Assembly: GCF_963921235.1 (NCBI RefSeq)
Contig: NC_086097.1
Coordinates: 30,196,001 to 30,260,000 of the forward strand
Length of the DNA: 64,000 nucleotides
From: Mobula hypostoma
Taxonomy: Eukaryota
Direction of reading: 5' to 3'
Part shown: piece by piece, positions 1-11,202 of the stretch
How positions within the stretch are numbered: the stretch's first letter is position 1
How the letters are laid out: the number at the start of each line of letters is the position of its first letter
Notes under the pieces: generated by a model
Database searches by the model: none
Told to the model about the DNA's origin: nothing
Seen by the model: the letters and a program-made list of their open reading frames with translations, nothing else
Made by a program: the position numbers and the translations under genes

Positions 1-720
1 TATTTGTTATTCAACAAAGGGTTACTTACGTTAAGTGTGTGGAGTTTATTTAGCCGGTTCCGTGTACTTCACGCTAGAACTTTGGCTCATTAAACAGGGA
101 CGAGCTATAGACTGCGAAGAATTCCTCTTAACCGGGTAAGTTTTTTTTATCGCGGTATCTCACTACACCGTACGGGACACAGGGAAGGACTTGAACCCAG
201 CATCTCTCTCAGTGCACCCCCAGCTCCATCGTAAGGGGCACACTTCCCAATTCAGAACATCCCAACCAGCCATGGAGAGAGTGAGGGAGAATGCCCCTCT
301 CGCCGTAGCTGTCAGTCGGTATCTTCCGGCTGAGTTCCCCGCGATGGAGCTGGATTGATTAAATATTGAAACCCAGTCCTCTCTCACCAGACGCCCTGCG
401 TCTGGAAAACACGAAAACGATTATGTGGATGGCCAAAGCAGAAAACGTGTTTGCTTAATTCTCACGGGTAGCCGGGTACATCTCATCTGCTGACCGCACC
501 TTAATCAGATCGGCACAGTCAACCGTATTGTTTACAAGGGAGCGAGTTACTCGAGCTCCGGTGCAGAGCTGGGGCTTCGGGTCACGTGGTTCTGGACCGA
601 GTCTTAAATCAGATGTTCGGCCCATTGCTTGTGTGCTAGCTCCCCGAGACGAGGGGATGACGGGTCTCATTGCATGGAGAAACAACCTCGTCGACCCCAC
701 TCCCTCTGCTTATTCCCCTG
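1..720. promoter_or_regulatory. CpG-rich, promoter/first-exon-like region
   Basis: CpG density is visibly much higher than in the CpG-depleted rest of the window. E-box GTCACGTGG at 581-589. GTAAGT donors on the minus strand (24-29) and plus strand (136-141). Confidence 0.45.
98..135 (+). other. Candidate short exon of an unidentified transcript (probably 5' UTR or non-coding)
   Basis: AAACAG before 98 (weak pyrimidine tract) and CGG|GTAAGT after 135. No recognisable peptide. Confidence 0.25.
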
Positions 721-821
721 TACCCTTCTGGCCGAACCTACCCTCTTTCTCCAGTTACAGCCATGTGACCATTAACCTACTAACCCCCGCATCTCTGCAA
801 TGTGCGAGGAAACGCGATAAT

Positions 822-1100
822 GGGTGCCGCGTTGTGGATAGTGCGGCACTATTGCAGCACGTGTCCCGAGTTAGGAGTTCAATTCCGGTGCCGTTCTGTC
901 AGGAGTCTCTGTACGTCCGCCCCGTGGAATGTCTGGGTCTTCTGCAGGTCCTCCGGTTTCCTCCCAAAAACCAAAGACGTACCGGGTAGGTTAACTGGTC
1001 ATCGTAAATTGCCCCGTGTAGTTAATCGAGTTTGTTGGGGGTTCCTGGGGTGGTGTGGCTTGAAAGGCCTAATATGCACTGTATCACCAAGTAAAATAAG
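822..1100 (+). mobile_element. tRNA-derived V-SINE (HE1-like)
   Basis: B-box-like GAGTTCAATTCC, then the V-domain-like CTCCGGTTTCCTCCCA..CCAAAGACGT..GGTTAACTGGTCATCGTAAATTGCCCC and an A-rich end. Confidence 0.8.
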
Positions 1101-1211
1101 AAACCCATGCAATCATGGGGAGAACATACAAGCTCCTTCTCGTCAACGGCAGGAATCGAACCCGGCTCACTTGCATTGTAATATTGTGACGCTAACCCCT
1201 GTGCTACCGTG
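1101..1211 (-). mobile_element. V-SINE 5' half (tRNA head)
   Basis: Reverse complement reads CACGGTAGCACAGGGGTTAGC (A box) ... GGGTTCGATTCC (B box) ... TGTATGTTCTCCCC. Confidence 0.75.
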
Positions 1212-1299
1212 AAGGATTGTTCACTAATTGTACAGGAGATCTGTTTGCCCATACGAGGGAAGGTACAACCTTCACTCGTGAACAATGAGGTAAAGTTGT

Positions 1300-1915
1300 A
1301 AACAGACAGACAAAGGAGAGTCAGTGGACGTTGTTTATTTGGATTTTCAGAAGGCCTTTGACAAGGTGTCACACATGGGGTTGCTAAACTAGAGAAGAGC
1401 CCATGGAATTACAGGAAGGAGACTAGCAGGGTTAGAAGATTGGCCAACTGGCAGGAGGCAAAATGTGGGAATAAAGGGACCATTTCTGGTTGGCTGCCAG
1501 CAACCAGTGGTGTTCAAGATTCGAAACTTTAATGTAATTTCCTGTACACAAGTTTAAAGGAGAACAAAATAGTTGTTACTCCAGATCCTTTGCAGCACAA
1601 ATCCACAGGGGACAGTGTTGGGACCGCTTCTTTTCACGTTATATGTCAATGATGTCCCTTCAGAACAGAGCTGAGGTGGAATTTCTTTAGCCAGAGTGTT
1701 GTGAATCTGCAGTATTCATTGCTGTAGGTGGCTGTGGAGCTCAAGTCATTGGGTATATTCGGAGTGTAGCTTGATAGGTTGCTGATCAATGAAGTCATCA
1801 AAAATTACAGGAGAAGGTGAGAGAATGGGGCTGAGAAGGAAAATAAATCAGCCATGATCAAATGGTGGAGCAGGCTTAAACGGCCCAATTCTACTCCTAT
1901 GTTTTATGGTCTTTA
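1300..1915 (+). mobile_element. CR1 LINE fragment (RT part plus 3' end), interrupted by an ~86 bp insert at ~1516-1601
   Basis: Translates DKGESVDVVYLDFQKAFDKVSH ... GV/PQGTVLGPLLFTLYVND, followed by a CR1-type 3' UTR. Confidence 0.85.
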
Positions 1916-2889
1916 TAGAAGGATCCTCCTTGGGTCTCTGAATACTTATTGAACTTTAGATCCCTGATGCTCTCAGATGTAACAAATGAACATCAGGCCA
2001 GAAGAAGAACATTCATCCCTTCATGGCCATGCCAGCGGTAAAGATTGATCTAGGTTACTCCTACACGACACACTGCTCTGATGCCCCAGGTTCAACCCCA
2101 GCTGCAGTTTGCTCGTTCTTACAGAGTTCCACCAGGCTCAACGATTGAGATTAATTTATTTATCACATGTATAATCAAAGTTTAAAATAAATTTATTAGC
2201 TAAGTACATATATGTCACCATATACAACTCTGAGATTCATTAAGTAAAATGTGTCATTTGTGTTAGCAATCAAAATAAATATTAATGTATCTGCCCCTAA
2301 CATGACTCCCGACAGCCCGTTCCACACACCCACCACTCTCCATGTTAAATAAACTAACTCTGCCTTTCTCTTATACTTTGCTTCAATCACCTTAAAATTA
2401 TGCCCCTCAAATTAGCTGTTTACACCCTGGGGAAAAGTCTCTGTCCACGCGATCTATGACTCTTAGCATACACTTTTATCAAGTCACCTCTCATCCTCCT
2501 TCACTCCAAGAGAGAAGCCTGGGCTTGCTCACCCTAGATAGTCAGTCTTTTTCCCAGGGCAAAGTGTCAAATACTAGAGGACATACTGTATGTTTAAGGT
2601 GACAGGGAGGAAGTTTAAAGGAGATGTGTGGGACAAGTATCTTTTGTTTATTTATTCAGTGATAGAGGACATTGGCCCTTCAAGTCACGCTACCCCAGCA
2701 ACTCCACAACCCCGATTAACCCTAACCTAACCACTGGACAATTCACAAATGACCAAACCAGTGCTTTGGTTGTTAATGCAAACAACGCAATTCACTGTAC
2801 ATGTGATAAATGAATCTGAAGTGGCCACTGAGTGTACTTAATCTAGTAATTATCTACTGTTACTAAAATTCTTTGTTCCATTCTTTATT

Positions 2890-3555
2890 TTTATTTATTG
2901 TTATTTTATTTAGAGATACAGCACAGAACCGGTCTTTCCAACCCTTCCAGCCACACCACCCCGCAACCCCCAATTTAACCCCAGCCAAATCACAGGACAA
3001 TTTAGAATGGCTGATTCAAAGTTTTCAAAGTTATATTTAATGTTGGAGAAGCATATACAATATACATCTTGAAATGCTTTTGCTTTGCCACTATCCACAA
3101 AAACAGAGGAGTGCCCCAAAGAATGAATGACAGTTAAATGTTAGAACCCCAAAGTCCCCCACCAGCTCCCCCCACACATAAATGACAATAAAGCAATGAT
3201 CCCCACTCTCCCACCAGCAAAAAAAGCTTCTGTACCCCCCACTGAGCACTTGAACGTGCTGCGAAGCGACTATAAAGACACAGACTTGCTGTACACCAAA
3301 GACTACTCGTTCACCTGGTAATTTGACATACCACAGGCTCTCTCTCTCTCCCCTTAATAAGGGGAAAAGGGGTGTCTCCATTTCACCTATTAACCTATTA
3401 GTTGGTACATCTTTGGACTGTGGGAGGACCCGGAGAAAACCCACACATTCCACAGGGAGGACATACAAACTCCTTATGGAGGATGCTGGAATTGAACTAC
3501 CAATTCCGACGCTCAGAGCTGTAATAATGGTGTGCTAACTGATACATGACCAGGG
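2890..3555 (-). mobile_element. V-SINE split by a non-autonomous repeat (~3015-3385)
   Basis: SINE body (TCTTTGGACTGTGGGAGGA..CCGGAGAAAACCCAC) resumes after the insert. The insert is the reverse complement of part of the repeat at 10170-10610. Confidence 0.7.
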
Positions 3556-3974
3556 CTCCTGTGACATCTAACTGAACATTAGAGAAGTTTGTAATCCAAA
3601 CCCAAATGCAATCTGCTCTGTTGAAATTGTGTTTAAGTTGATTATTCGTTCCAGTAGAAGATGTGTCAGCTTTGAAGTGTGTGTTTGGATTACAACTTGT
3701 CCACATCCTTGCTACCTGCCCCATAGGGGTCAGTTTTGACGGTGAGGAAGAAATCTCTTTGAAAGTTACATATTGGTGGGGCTTCCCAGATGGGTTGAAA
3801 TTCCCAGCGATTCCACTGGGAAATGTCTGCACTGGATACTGACCCAGTGGGGTGGGTTGGACAGGAACAGCAGCAGAAAAATACTCTGCTTCAACAAGTC
3901 GTCTATCAGGGACATGCGGTGGGGGTCAGCCCCAGGGGCTGCAGAGAAAGGGGCTGATGAGAGGTTTGCGGGAG

Positions 3975-4450
3975 AGGGGCTCAAGTTCCAGTGAGAGGGG
4001 TTGAGTGCAGGAGGAAGGATGGGAGTTCGGGTGGGTAGGAAAGTTCGGGCTGGGATCTGGAGGAGGGAGTTCAAAATCAAAGGAGAAGGAAAGGATGGAG
4101 TTCAGAGAGGGGAGGGGGAGTTCTGGATGAGAAGGAAGGTGAAGTTCAAAGGGGGGGTTCAGAGTGGAGGGTGTGTCAAGGCTGGAAAGGGAGGAGTTCA
4201 GTGTGGAAGGAGGAATTAGAGTTGGGGGTGTTCAGAGTGGGAGGAGGAATTTGGGATGGGGGTGTTCAGAGTGGGAGGAGGAATTTGGGATGGGGGAGTT
4301 CAGTGTGGAAGGAGGAATTAGAGTTGGGGGTGTTCAGAGTGGGAGGAGGAAGGGACAGTTCTGGTGAGAAAGAGTAGGTTAGAAATGGGGAGTTTGGGGG
4401 GTGAGGGAGAGGTGGAAATTCAAGTGGGAGGAGGGAATTTGAGGTGAGAG
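3975..4450 (+). repeat. G-rich 34-bp minisatellite (core 4194-4351, ~4.6 units) with degenerate flanks
   Basis: Unit GTGTTCAGAGTGGGAGGAGGAATTTGGGATGGGG and its variant GAGTTCAGTGTGGAAGGAGGAATTAGAGTTGGGG. Confidence 0.85.
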
Positions 4451-5453
4451 AAGGGACTTTGTGGAGGAGGGATGGAGAATGGGGTGTGGATTATTGCACA
4501 GAGAATGTGCAGAAGAGGTTTGCTGGACTGGAGGGATTTGGTCATGGTGAAAGATCAGATCAGTTGGGTTTCAGCCCACCTTGTCCATGCTGGCCTTTCT
4601 GCCCACCTATACCAAATCTGCTTGCCCACATTAGGACTGCAGCCTTCTATGCCTGTCTCTTTAAGCGTCTGTCTAAATGCCTCTTAAACACAGTGACTGT
4701 TTTACACACTGACAGTACCTCCTGCCTTTCTTCTGGAGGAACAGTGCCCCGATTTCCTTCCTGAGTTAGCTAGGCATTGGCTGCCTGCTGGAGCAGTTAC
4801 AGGGATAATGAGGTGGCAAATGGATTGACCCAACAAGTGGCCAATTTGCCGAGGTATTGACTGAATATTCTATGGATTGAGCAGCTATTTTAATACTGTT
4901 AGCAGCTGTTATCTTATTAGTCTGGAGGGTCCTCTGTAAAATCCAGGCCACAGCTGAGTTACTGACTGAACAGTCTGTGTGGAGCTAGAAAACGGGAAGG
5001 AGAAAGGAGACAGGAAAAGTGTCCCACTGATTTGAATCTCTATGATTTTTTTGAAATGCTCCTGCTGCCTGGAGTGGTGGGAGAGGCAGATGCATTAGGG
5101 GCATTTCAGAAACTCTTAGATTGGCACATGGAAGAAAGAAAAATGGAAGCCCGTGTGGGAGTGAAGGGTTAGATTGATCCTTAGTAGGTTAAAAGGTTGA
5201 CACAACATTGTGGGTCGAAGGACCTGTATCTGTAAGAACATTACAGCGCAGTAACTGACCCCTCCAGCCCAACAATCCCGCACTGTCCAATATGACCAAT
5301 TAACCTCCTAACCCGTGTGTTGGAATGTGGGACAGGATCGGAGCACGCACAGGAAGCCCACACAGTCACATGGAGAACCTGTGAACTCCTTACAGACCGT
5401 GGCAGGTACTGCAAAGCATTAAGCTAAGTGTAATGCTACTATGATATTCTATA

Positions 5454-6164
5454 TCCTCCACTATCAACTCTGCTCTTAAACGCATCTCCTCCATTTCACG
5501 TACATCTGCTCTCACTCCATCCTCCCACCACCCCACTAGGAATAGGGTTCCCCTGGTCCTCACCTACCACCCCACCAGCCTCCGGGTCCAACATATTATT
5601 CTCCGTAACTTCCGCCACCCCCAACGGGATCCCACCACTAAGCACATCTTTCCCTCCCCCCCTCTCTCTGCATTCCGCAGGGATCGCTCCCTACACAACT
5701 CCCTTGTCCATTCGTCCCCCCCATCCCTCCCCACTGATCTCCCTCCTGGCACTTATCCGTGTAAGCGGAACAAGTGCTACACATGCCCTTACACTTCCTC
5801 CCTTACCACCATTCAGGGCCCCAAACAGTCCTTCCAGGTGAGGCATCACTTCACCTGTGAGTCGACTGGGGTGATATACTGCGTCCGGTGCTCCCGATGT
5901 GGCCTTTTATATATTGGTGAGACCCGACGCAGACTGGGAGACCGCTTTGCTGAACATCTACGCTCTGTCCGCCAGAGAAAGCAGGATCTCCCAGTGGCCA
6001 CACATTTTAATTCCACATCCCATTCCCATTCTGACATGTCTATCCACGGCCTCCTCTACTGTAAAGATGAAGCCACACTCAGGTTGGAGGAACAACACCT
6101 TATATTCCGTCTGGGTAGCCTCCAACCTGATGGCATGAACATTGACTTCTCTAACTTCCGCTAG
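5454..6164 (+). pseudogene. C-terminal part of Penelope ORF (RT-distal linker plus GIY-YIG endonuclease); no start codon
   Basis: Extends track ORF 5838..6164 upstream without stops. GIY-YIG and CCHH residues are present. Confidence 0.9.
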
Positions 6165-6458
6165 GCCCCACCTCCCCCTCGTACCCCAGCTGTTACTCAT
6201 TTTTATGCACACATTCTTTCTCTCACTCTCCTTTTTCTCCCTCTGTCCCTCTGAATATACCTCTTGCCCATCCTCTGGGTCACCCCCCCCCTCCGTCTTT
6301 CTCCCTAGGCCTCCTGTCCCATGATCCTCTTGTATCCCCTTTTGCCTATCACCTGTCCAGCTCTCAGCTCTATCCCTCCTCCTCCTGTCTTCTCCTATCA
6401 TTTTGCATCTCCCCCTCCCCCTCCAGCTTTCAAATCCCTTACTCACTGTTCCTTCAGT

Positions 6459-6496
6459 TAGTCCTGACGAAGGGTCTCGGCCTGAAACGTCGACTG
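6459..6496 (+). ncRNA. Minimal type I hammerhead ribozyme (intact core)
   Basis: TAGTC-CTGACGA-AGGGTCTCGGCCT-GAAACGTC-GACTG. Stem I TAGTC/GACTG, stem II GGGT/GCCT, palindromic ACGT helix III. Predicted cleavage after C6491. Confidence 0.85.
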
Positions 6497-6904
6497 CGCC
6501 TCTTCCTATAGATGCTGCTTGGCCTGCTGCGTTCACCAGCAACTTTGATGTATGTTGCATGATATTCTATGTTCTATCTTATGTTCTTTTCCCCAAAAGG
6601 GTTTACCGTTGGTAAAATGTAGTCGTTCTGGTTATCGTGATGTGGGAGGTGCTGGGTCTGCGCAAAAAGATTCCACAGCCACTAGGCAAAGTGCTTATTG
6701 TGACTTCTGTTGAAGGACTTGAGCCACAGAATCTAGGCCACTCACCCGGTTCTTTCCCCCTGTGCTTTGACAAAAAGATTGCACCTATCAGAGCTCGGGA
6801 GCTTGTCTGTGTTTGTCTATCTCTATATATAAACATCACCCTCAGGGAAGGGGGTGGCTTCGGTCAGGTTTAACAAGTTGCTGCCTGTTTTGTTTTAATC
6901 ACTA

Positions 6905-7420
6905 ATAGCCTGTCCCAACCATGTAGACGCTGCAGCCAAGAAAAATCACCAGTATCTCTTGTTCCTCAGGAGGCTAAAGAAATTTGCATGTCCCCATCAA
7001 TCCAAACCAATTTTTATTGATTCACCATACAAAAGCATCCTATCTAGATACATAACAGCTTGGAATGGCAACTGCTCTGTCTATGACTGAAAGAAGGCAG
7101 CTCAGCACATCACAGAAACCAGTCTCCCCTCCGGGTACCACCAGGCTCAAGGACAACTTCCACCCCGTTGATATAAGACTATCGAATGGTTCCCTAGTAC
7201 ACTACAATGGATTTTGACCTCACAATCTACCTTATTATGATCTTTCACTTTACTGTCTGCCTGCACTGTTCTTTCTCTCTGTTGTAACACTTTATTCTGC
7301 ATTTTGTTATTATTTTCCCTTGTACTTGCTCACGCACTGTGTAATGTTTGATCTATATGGATGGTCTGCAATACATCGTTTTCACTGTACACTGGTACGT
7401 GTGACAGTACGGAATATTAA
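6905..7420 (+). mobile_element. Decayed Rex1/Babar-like 3' fragment
   Basis: Frameshifted remnants of LFLRRLKKF..NFY..SIL..CITAW.GNC and a 3' UTR ending GTACGTGTGACAG. Confidence 0.7.
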
Positions 7421-7757
7421 CTCCTGCAATATTGTACCAGCAACTGTCACTGTGAAAATGGGTGATATCTCTGTCCCGTGTTAGCGAGTGTGAGAGAGAG
7501 ACAGACAGACACAGTCTGGTAAACAATAGTTTTTGTTGACTGCAGACCATGGTCTCTCTTTGGGTGCTTTGCTGTTGCTTGGTGGGTGGTGGACACTGTC
7601 ACTTTTTGCTGAAACACGTGGAGGGGAGGAGGGAGGTTGATGCTTGCTGCTGCTTGCCCGACGGAGGGTAGAGGGGCTTCGGGATTTTAATGTTTTTCTC
7701 TCGTTCATTCTTTTGGGGTTCTGTTTTTCGTGGATGTCTGCGAAGATAAGTGTTTCA

Positions 7758-9208
7758 TTTCATTTTTAAATCTTTTTATTAATATAATCTTCTACAGCTA
7801 TAAAATAGAGATTCAAAAAATTAGTATATATATATAATTAATAAAGCTGAAAAAAAACATATATGCTAATGGAAAAAAAATTATAAAAGAAAAAGAAGGA
7901 AAAAAGAGAACCCCCGCTAACTAAAAAAAACACTAACTATGAAACAAAAAAAAAGGAAAAAAAACCATTAGGAACCAACTCCCGGAGCGATACATCTTAC
8001 AATCATTTATATAAAAAATAAAAAGAAAACAACAACCACCAAATCACATTTATATAACATAAAACTGGAAGGAAACCATGTAAATTGATTCAAATTAAAT
8101 GATGATATTTAGCAAAAGAGCCCCACCTTCTCTCAAAATCAAATCGGGAATCAAAAGTTCTACTTCTAGTTTTTTCCAAACTACATTACTTGGGAAAACC
8201 ATTGAGTTAGTGTAGGAGCAGAGGTATCTTTCCACTTCAGTAAAATAGCCCTTCTTGCCAACAATGTAACAAATGCAATTACATGTTGGTTTGAAAATGA
8301 AATACCCTGAATATGATGTGGAACTATTCCAAATAGAACAGTCAATGTATTAGGTTGTAAATTAATTTTCAAAGCTTTAGAAATTGTAGAAAATAAAGAT
8401 TTCCAAAAAGACTTCAACAAGGGACATGACCAGAACATATGTGACAAAGTACCTATTTCATTTTTGCACCTATCACAGTAATTATCTATATTAGGAAATA
8501 TTTTGGATAGTCTTTCCTTTGTTAAATAATAGCGGTGAACAAGTTTAAACTGAATTAAACAATGATTGGCACATATTGAAGAAGAATTAACCATTTTCAA
8601 AACTTGCAACCAGTCTTCATTAACAAAAGTCATATTAAGTTGTCTCTCCCAGTCTTGTTTAATCTTTGGTGAGAGGTTATCTTTTTGTAGTAAAAATAAG
8701 TTATAAATTCTACCAATGGAACCTCTCACTAAGGGATTCATATTCAAAATAGTGTCCAACAAATCAGATTCTTGCATATATGGAAACGTAGAAACATGTT
8801 TTTATAAAAAATGTCTGACCCGTAAATATTGCAAGAAATGTGTGTGAGAGAGAGAATATTTACTAATTAACTCTTCAAAAGACATCAATCGACCATCACT
8901 AAATAAATCTGCAAAAGAACAAATCCCCTTATTTCTCCATAGAAGAAAAATGGGATTGGTAATTGAAGGTTTAAATAGCAAATTTCAAAATACAGGACTA
9001 GATAATTTAAATTGTTTGAAATTTTAAAAGTTGCAAAACTGAAACCAAATCCGTAAGGACTGTTCAATAACAGAGTAGAAATTTAAGTTAGAGATTTTAG
9101 CAAGTTGTAAACGTAATGGAGCTCCTAATAGTAAAGTTAAATAAAATTGATTAATAGCTTTAAATACTAAATCAATCCAAGCTGGTTTTTGGTTCTTATC
9201 GAACCAAT
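7758..9208 (-). mobile_element. L1-clade LINE, 5'-truncated ORF2 3' end plus 3' UTR
   Basis: ORF 8181..8777 has LIQFKLVHRYY and the CCHC knuckle CDRCKNEIGTLSHMFWSCP. AATAAA and a TGAAA tail on the minus strand. 12-bp TSD ATAA(G/A)TGTTTCA (7746-7757, 9209-9220) inside a host repeat spanning ~7440-9270. Confidence 0.9.
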
Positions 9209-9419
9209 ATAAATGTTTCAGGTTGTATGCTGTATGCATTCTCTGATAATAAACAGAACCATCTTGAATAATAAATCAATTCCAATTCCTTAAAAGAAGT
9301 TTCAGGCTTATTCATCCATGAGGAGTTTGCATATTCTCTCTGTGACTGCATGAGTTTCTTCCTGGATGCTCCTCTTCCATCTACAGCCCAAAGGGATACG
9401 GGTTAGTAGGTTAATTCAT

Positions 9420-9560
9420 TAAGTCCTGATGAAGGCTCTCGGCCCGAAACACTCACTGTTTATTTCTCTCCATAAGGTGCTGCCTGACCTGCTGAGTTCC
9501 TCCAGCATTTTGTGTGTGTTGCTCAAGATTTCTGGCCTCTGCTGAACCTCTCGAGTTTAC
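9420..9560 (+). mobile_element. Solo Penelope pseudo-LTR fragment with degenerate hammerhead, inserted in a V-SINE (~9320-9630)
   Basis: AGTC-CTGATGA-AGGCTCTCGGCCC-GAAAC, but the GTC triplet is lost. The conserved TGCTGAGTTCCTCCAGCA tail follows. The SINE is split between GGTTAATT and GTAAATTGCCCC. Confidence 0.8.
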
Positions 9561-9711
9561 GGTGGGTAAATTGCCCCTAATGTGTGGGTGAATGATGGAA
9601 CTGGGGGGAGAGGAGTTGATGGCCACGTCAAAGCCCATGTTCATTGTCACATGCACGGTTGCAATGAAAAACTTACTTGCAGCAGCGTCACAGGCACAGA
9701 GCACCACAGCA

Positions 9712-10023
9712 GGCAGTACGATAGCGTAGCAGTTAGTGCAGTTGCTTTACAACGCTGATCGGGGTTCACTTCCCATCTCTGTGTGTAGGTGTTTGTCCAT
9801 TCTCCTCGCGATCATGTGGGTTTTCTCTGGTTGCCTCAGTTTCCTCCCATATTCCAAAGCCATCTGGTTAAGTTTAGGGTTATGAGTTGTGGGCATTCTA
9901 TGTCAGTGAGGAAAACATGACAGCACTTGCTAGCTGTCCCCAGCTCAATCCTTGTCGCTTGTTGACGCAAATGATGCATTTCCTTATATGTGAACTACAT
10001 GTGACAAATAAAACTAGTCTTTA
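9712..10023 (+). mobile_element. tRNA-derived V-SINE
   Basis: tRNA-like head (GATAGCGTAGCAGTTAG..GGGGTTCACTTCCC), V-domain, and tail ACATGTGACAAATAAA. Confidence 0.75.
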
Positions 10024-10169
10024 GATAAGCACAATTCACAAGAAAAACGCAAATTAAATATAAATTATACCCAATTTTTATAAGAAAGATTATGAATGGA
10101 ATAAAAACAGAAGTCTATTTTAGTGCAAAATGGTCAGTGATTAAAGTTGTCCAGGTTGGTTCAATATCT

Positions 10170-10610
10170 GAATAAGCGACATGATAGACTTTTAACACCA
10201 TAAATCAGCAAGTATTTTTGTTATGCCTCCCCTCTCGCTGTAAAACAGGAACACCTCTTTTTCCCTTATTAGGGGGAGAGAGAGAACCTGTGGTATGTCG
10301 AAGTACTGGGTGAACGAGTAGTCTTTGGAGTACTACAAGTCTGTGTCTTTATTGATGCTTTGCTTTATGCTTGAGTGCTCAGTGGGGGGTGCTGATGCTT
10401 TTTTTTGCTGGTGGGGCAGGGAGGGTGTCATTGCTCTGCTGCTACTTATGCGTGGGGGGGGAAGTTGGGGGGAGTGTTTTGGGGTTCTAACATTTAACTG
10501 TCTTTCATTCTTTGGGGCACTCCTCTGTTTTCATGGATGGTTGTGAAGAAAAAAGAATTTCAGGATGTATATTGTATACATTTCTCTGACATTAAATGTA
10601 CCTATTGATT
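10170..10610 (+). repeat. Unclassified non-autonomous dispersed repeat (other copies ~3015-3385 minus; ~7440-7757 plus 9221-9270)
   Basis: Shared blocks such as TTTGGGGTTCTAACATTTAACTGTC..TTCTTTGGGGCACTCCTCTGTTTT. Confidence 0.75.
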
Positions 10611-10789
10611 GAATAGTTGAATGGAAGTAGCTGTACATGAAGCTGGTGTGGTGGGGCATCAGATAGGGTGAATACAGGTGATTAGCGTATGGATTGTTGG
10701 TGATTGACAAGGTGGGCTGAAGGGCCTGTTTCTGTGCTGTCTGATTCCATGACTATGAATCACATCAGATCCAGAGAGGTTTGGGCAGG

Positions 10790-11180
10790 AAAGCCATGAG
10801 TCCATAAGATACAGGAGCAGAATTAGGTTAATGACCCATCGAGTCTGCTCCGCCATTTCATCATGGCTAATCCAATTTTCTTCTCAACACCAACCTCCTG
10901 CATTCTCCCACATCCCTTCATGCCCTGACCAATCAAGAACCTATCAAACTCTGCCTTAAATATACCCAATGACTTGGTCTCTACAGCCACCTGTGGCAAC
11001 GAATTCCACAGATTTATCACTCTTCGGCGAAAGAAAGTTTTCCTCATCTGTTCTAAAAGGGTACTTCTCTATTCTGAGGCTGTCCCTTCCGGTCTTAGAC
11101 TCCCCCACTGTAGGAAACATCCTCTGCACATTCACTCTATTGAGGTCTTGCAACATTCGATAGGTTTCAATGAGGTCACC
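10790..11180 (-). mobile_element. CR1 3' fragment
   Basis: GDLIETY..; FF.RRVINLWNSLP..VE.KSLGIFKAEFDRFL; CR1 3' UTR. Confidence 0.85.
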
Positions 11181-11202
11181 CATATCAGAATATATAGTGT
11201 GT

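Larger units (their letters stand above)
5453..6558 (+). mobile_element. Penelope-like retroelement (Neptune-like), 5'-truncated, young
   Basis: Unbroken frame 5454-6164 with a Cys linker (PCKRNKCYTC) and GIY-YIG endonuclease (VIYCVRCSRCGLLYIGET..RFAEH..HF..EQHLI..LQPDGMN). Pseudo-LTR with hammerhead. Perfect 12-bp TSD ATGATATTCTAT (5441-5452, 6559-6570). Confidence 0.93.

Noticed and set aside
5453..6558. RT plus GIY-YIG nuclease plus structured RNA as a new retron- or defence-like system
   Set aside because: This is the established Penelope-like retroelement architecture.
5958..6560. 200-aa minus-strand ORF and similar ORFs at 16501-16971, 40975-41520, 44254-44712 and 53053-53529
   Set aside because: Antisense or off-frame readings of low-complexity Penelope pLTRs.
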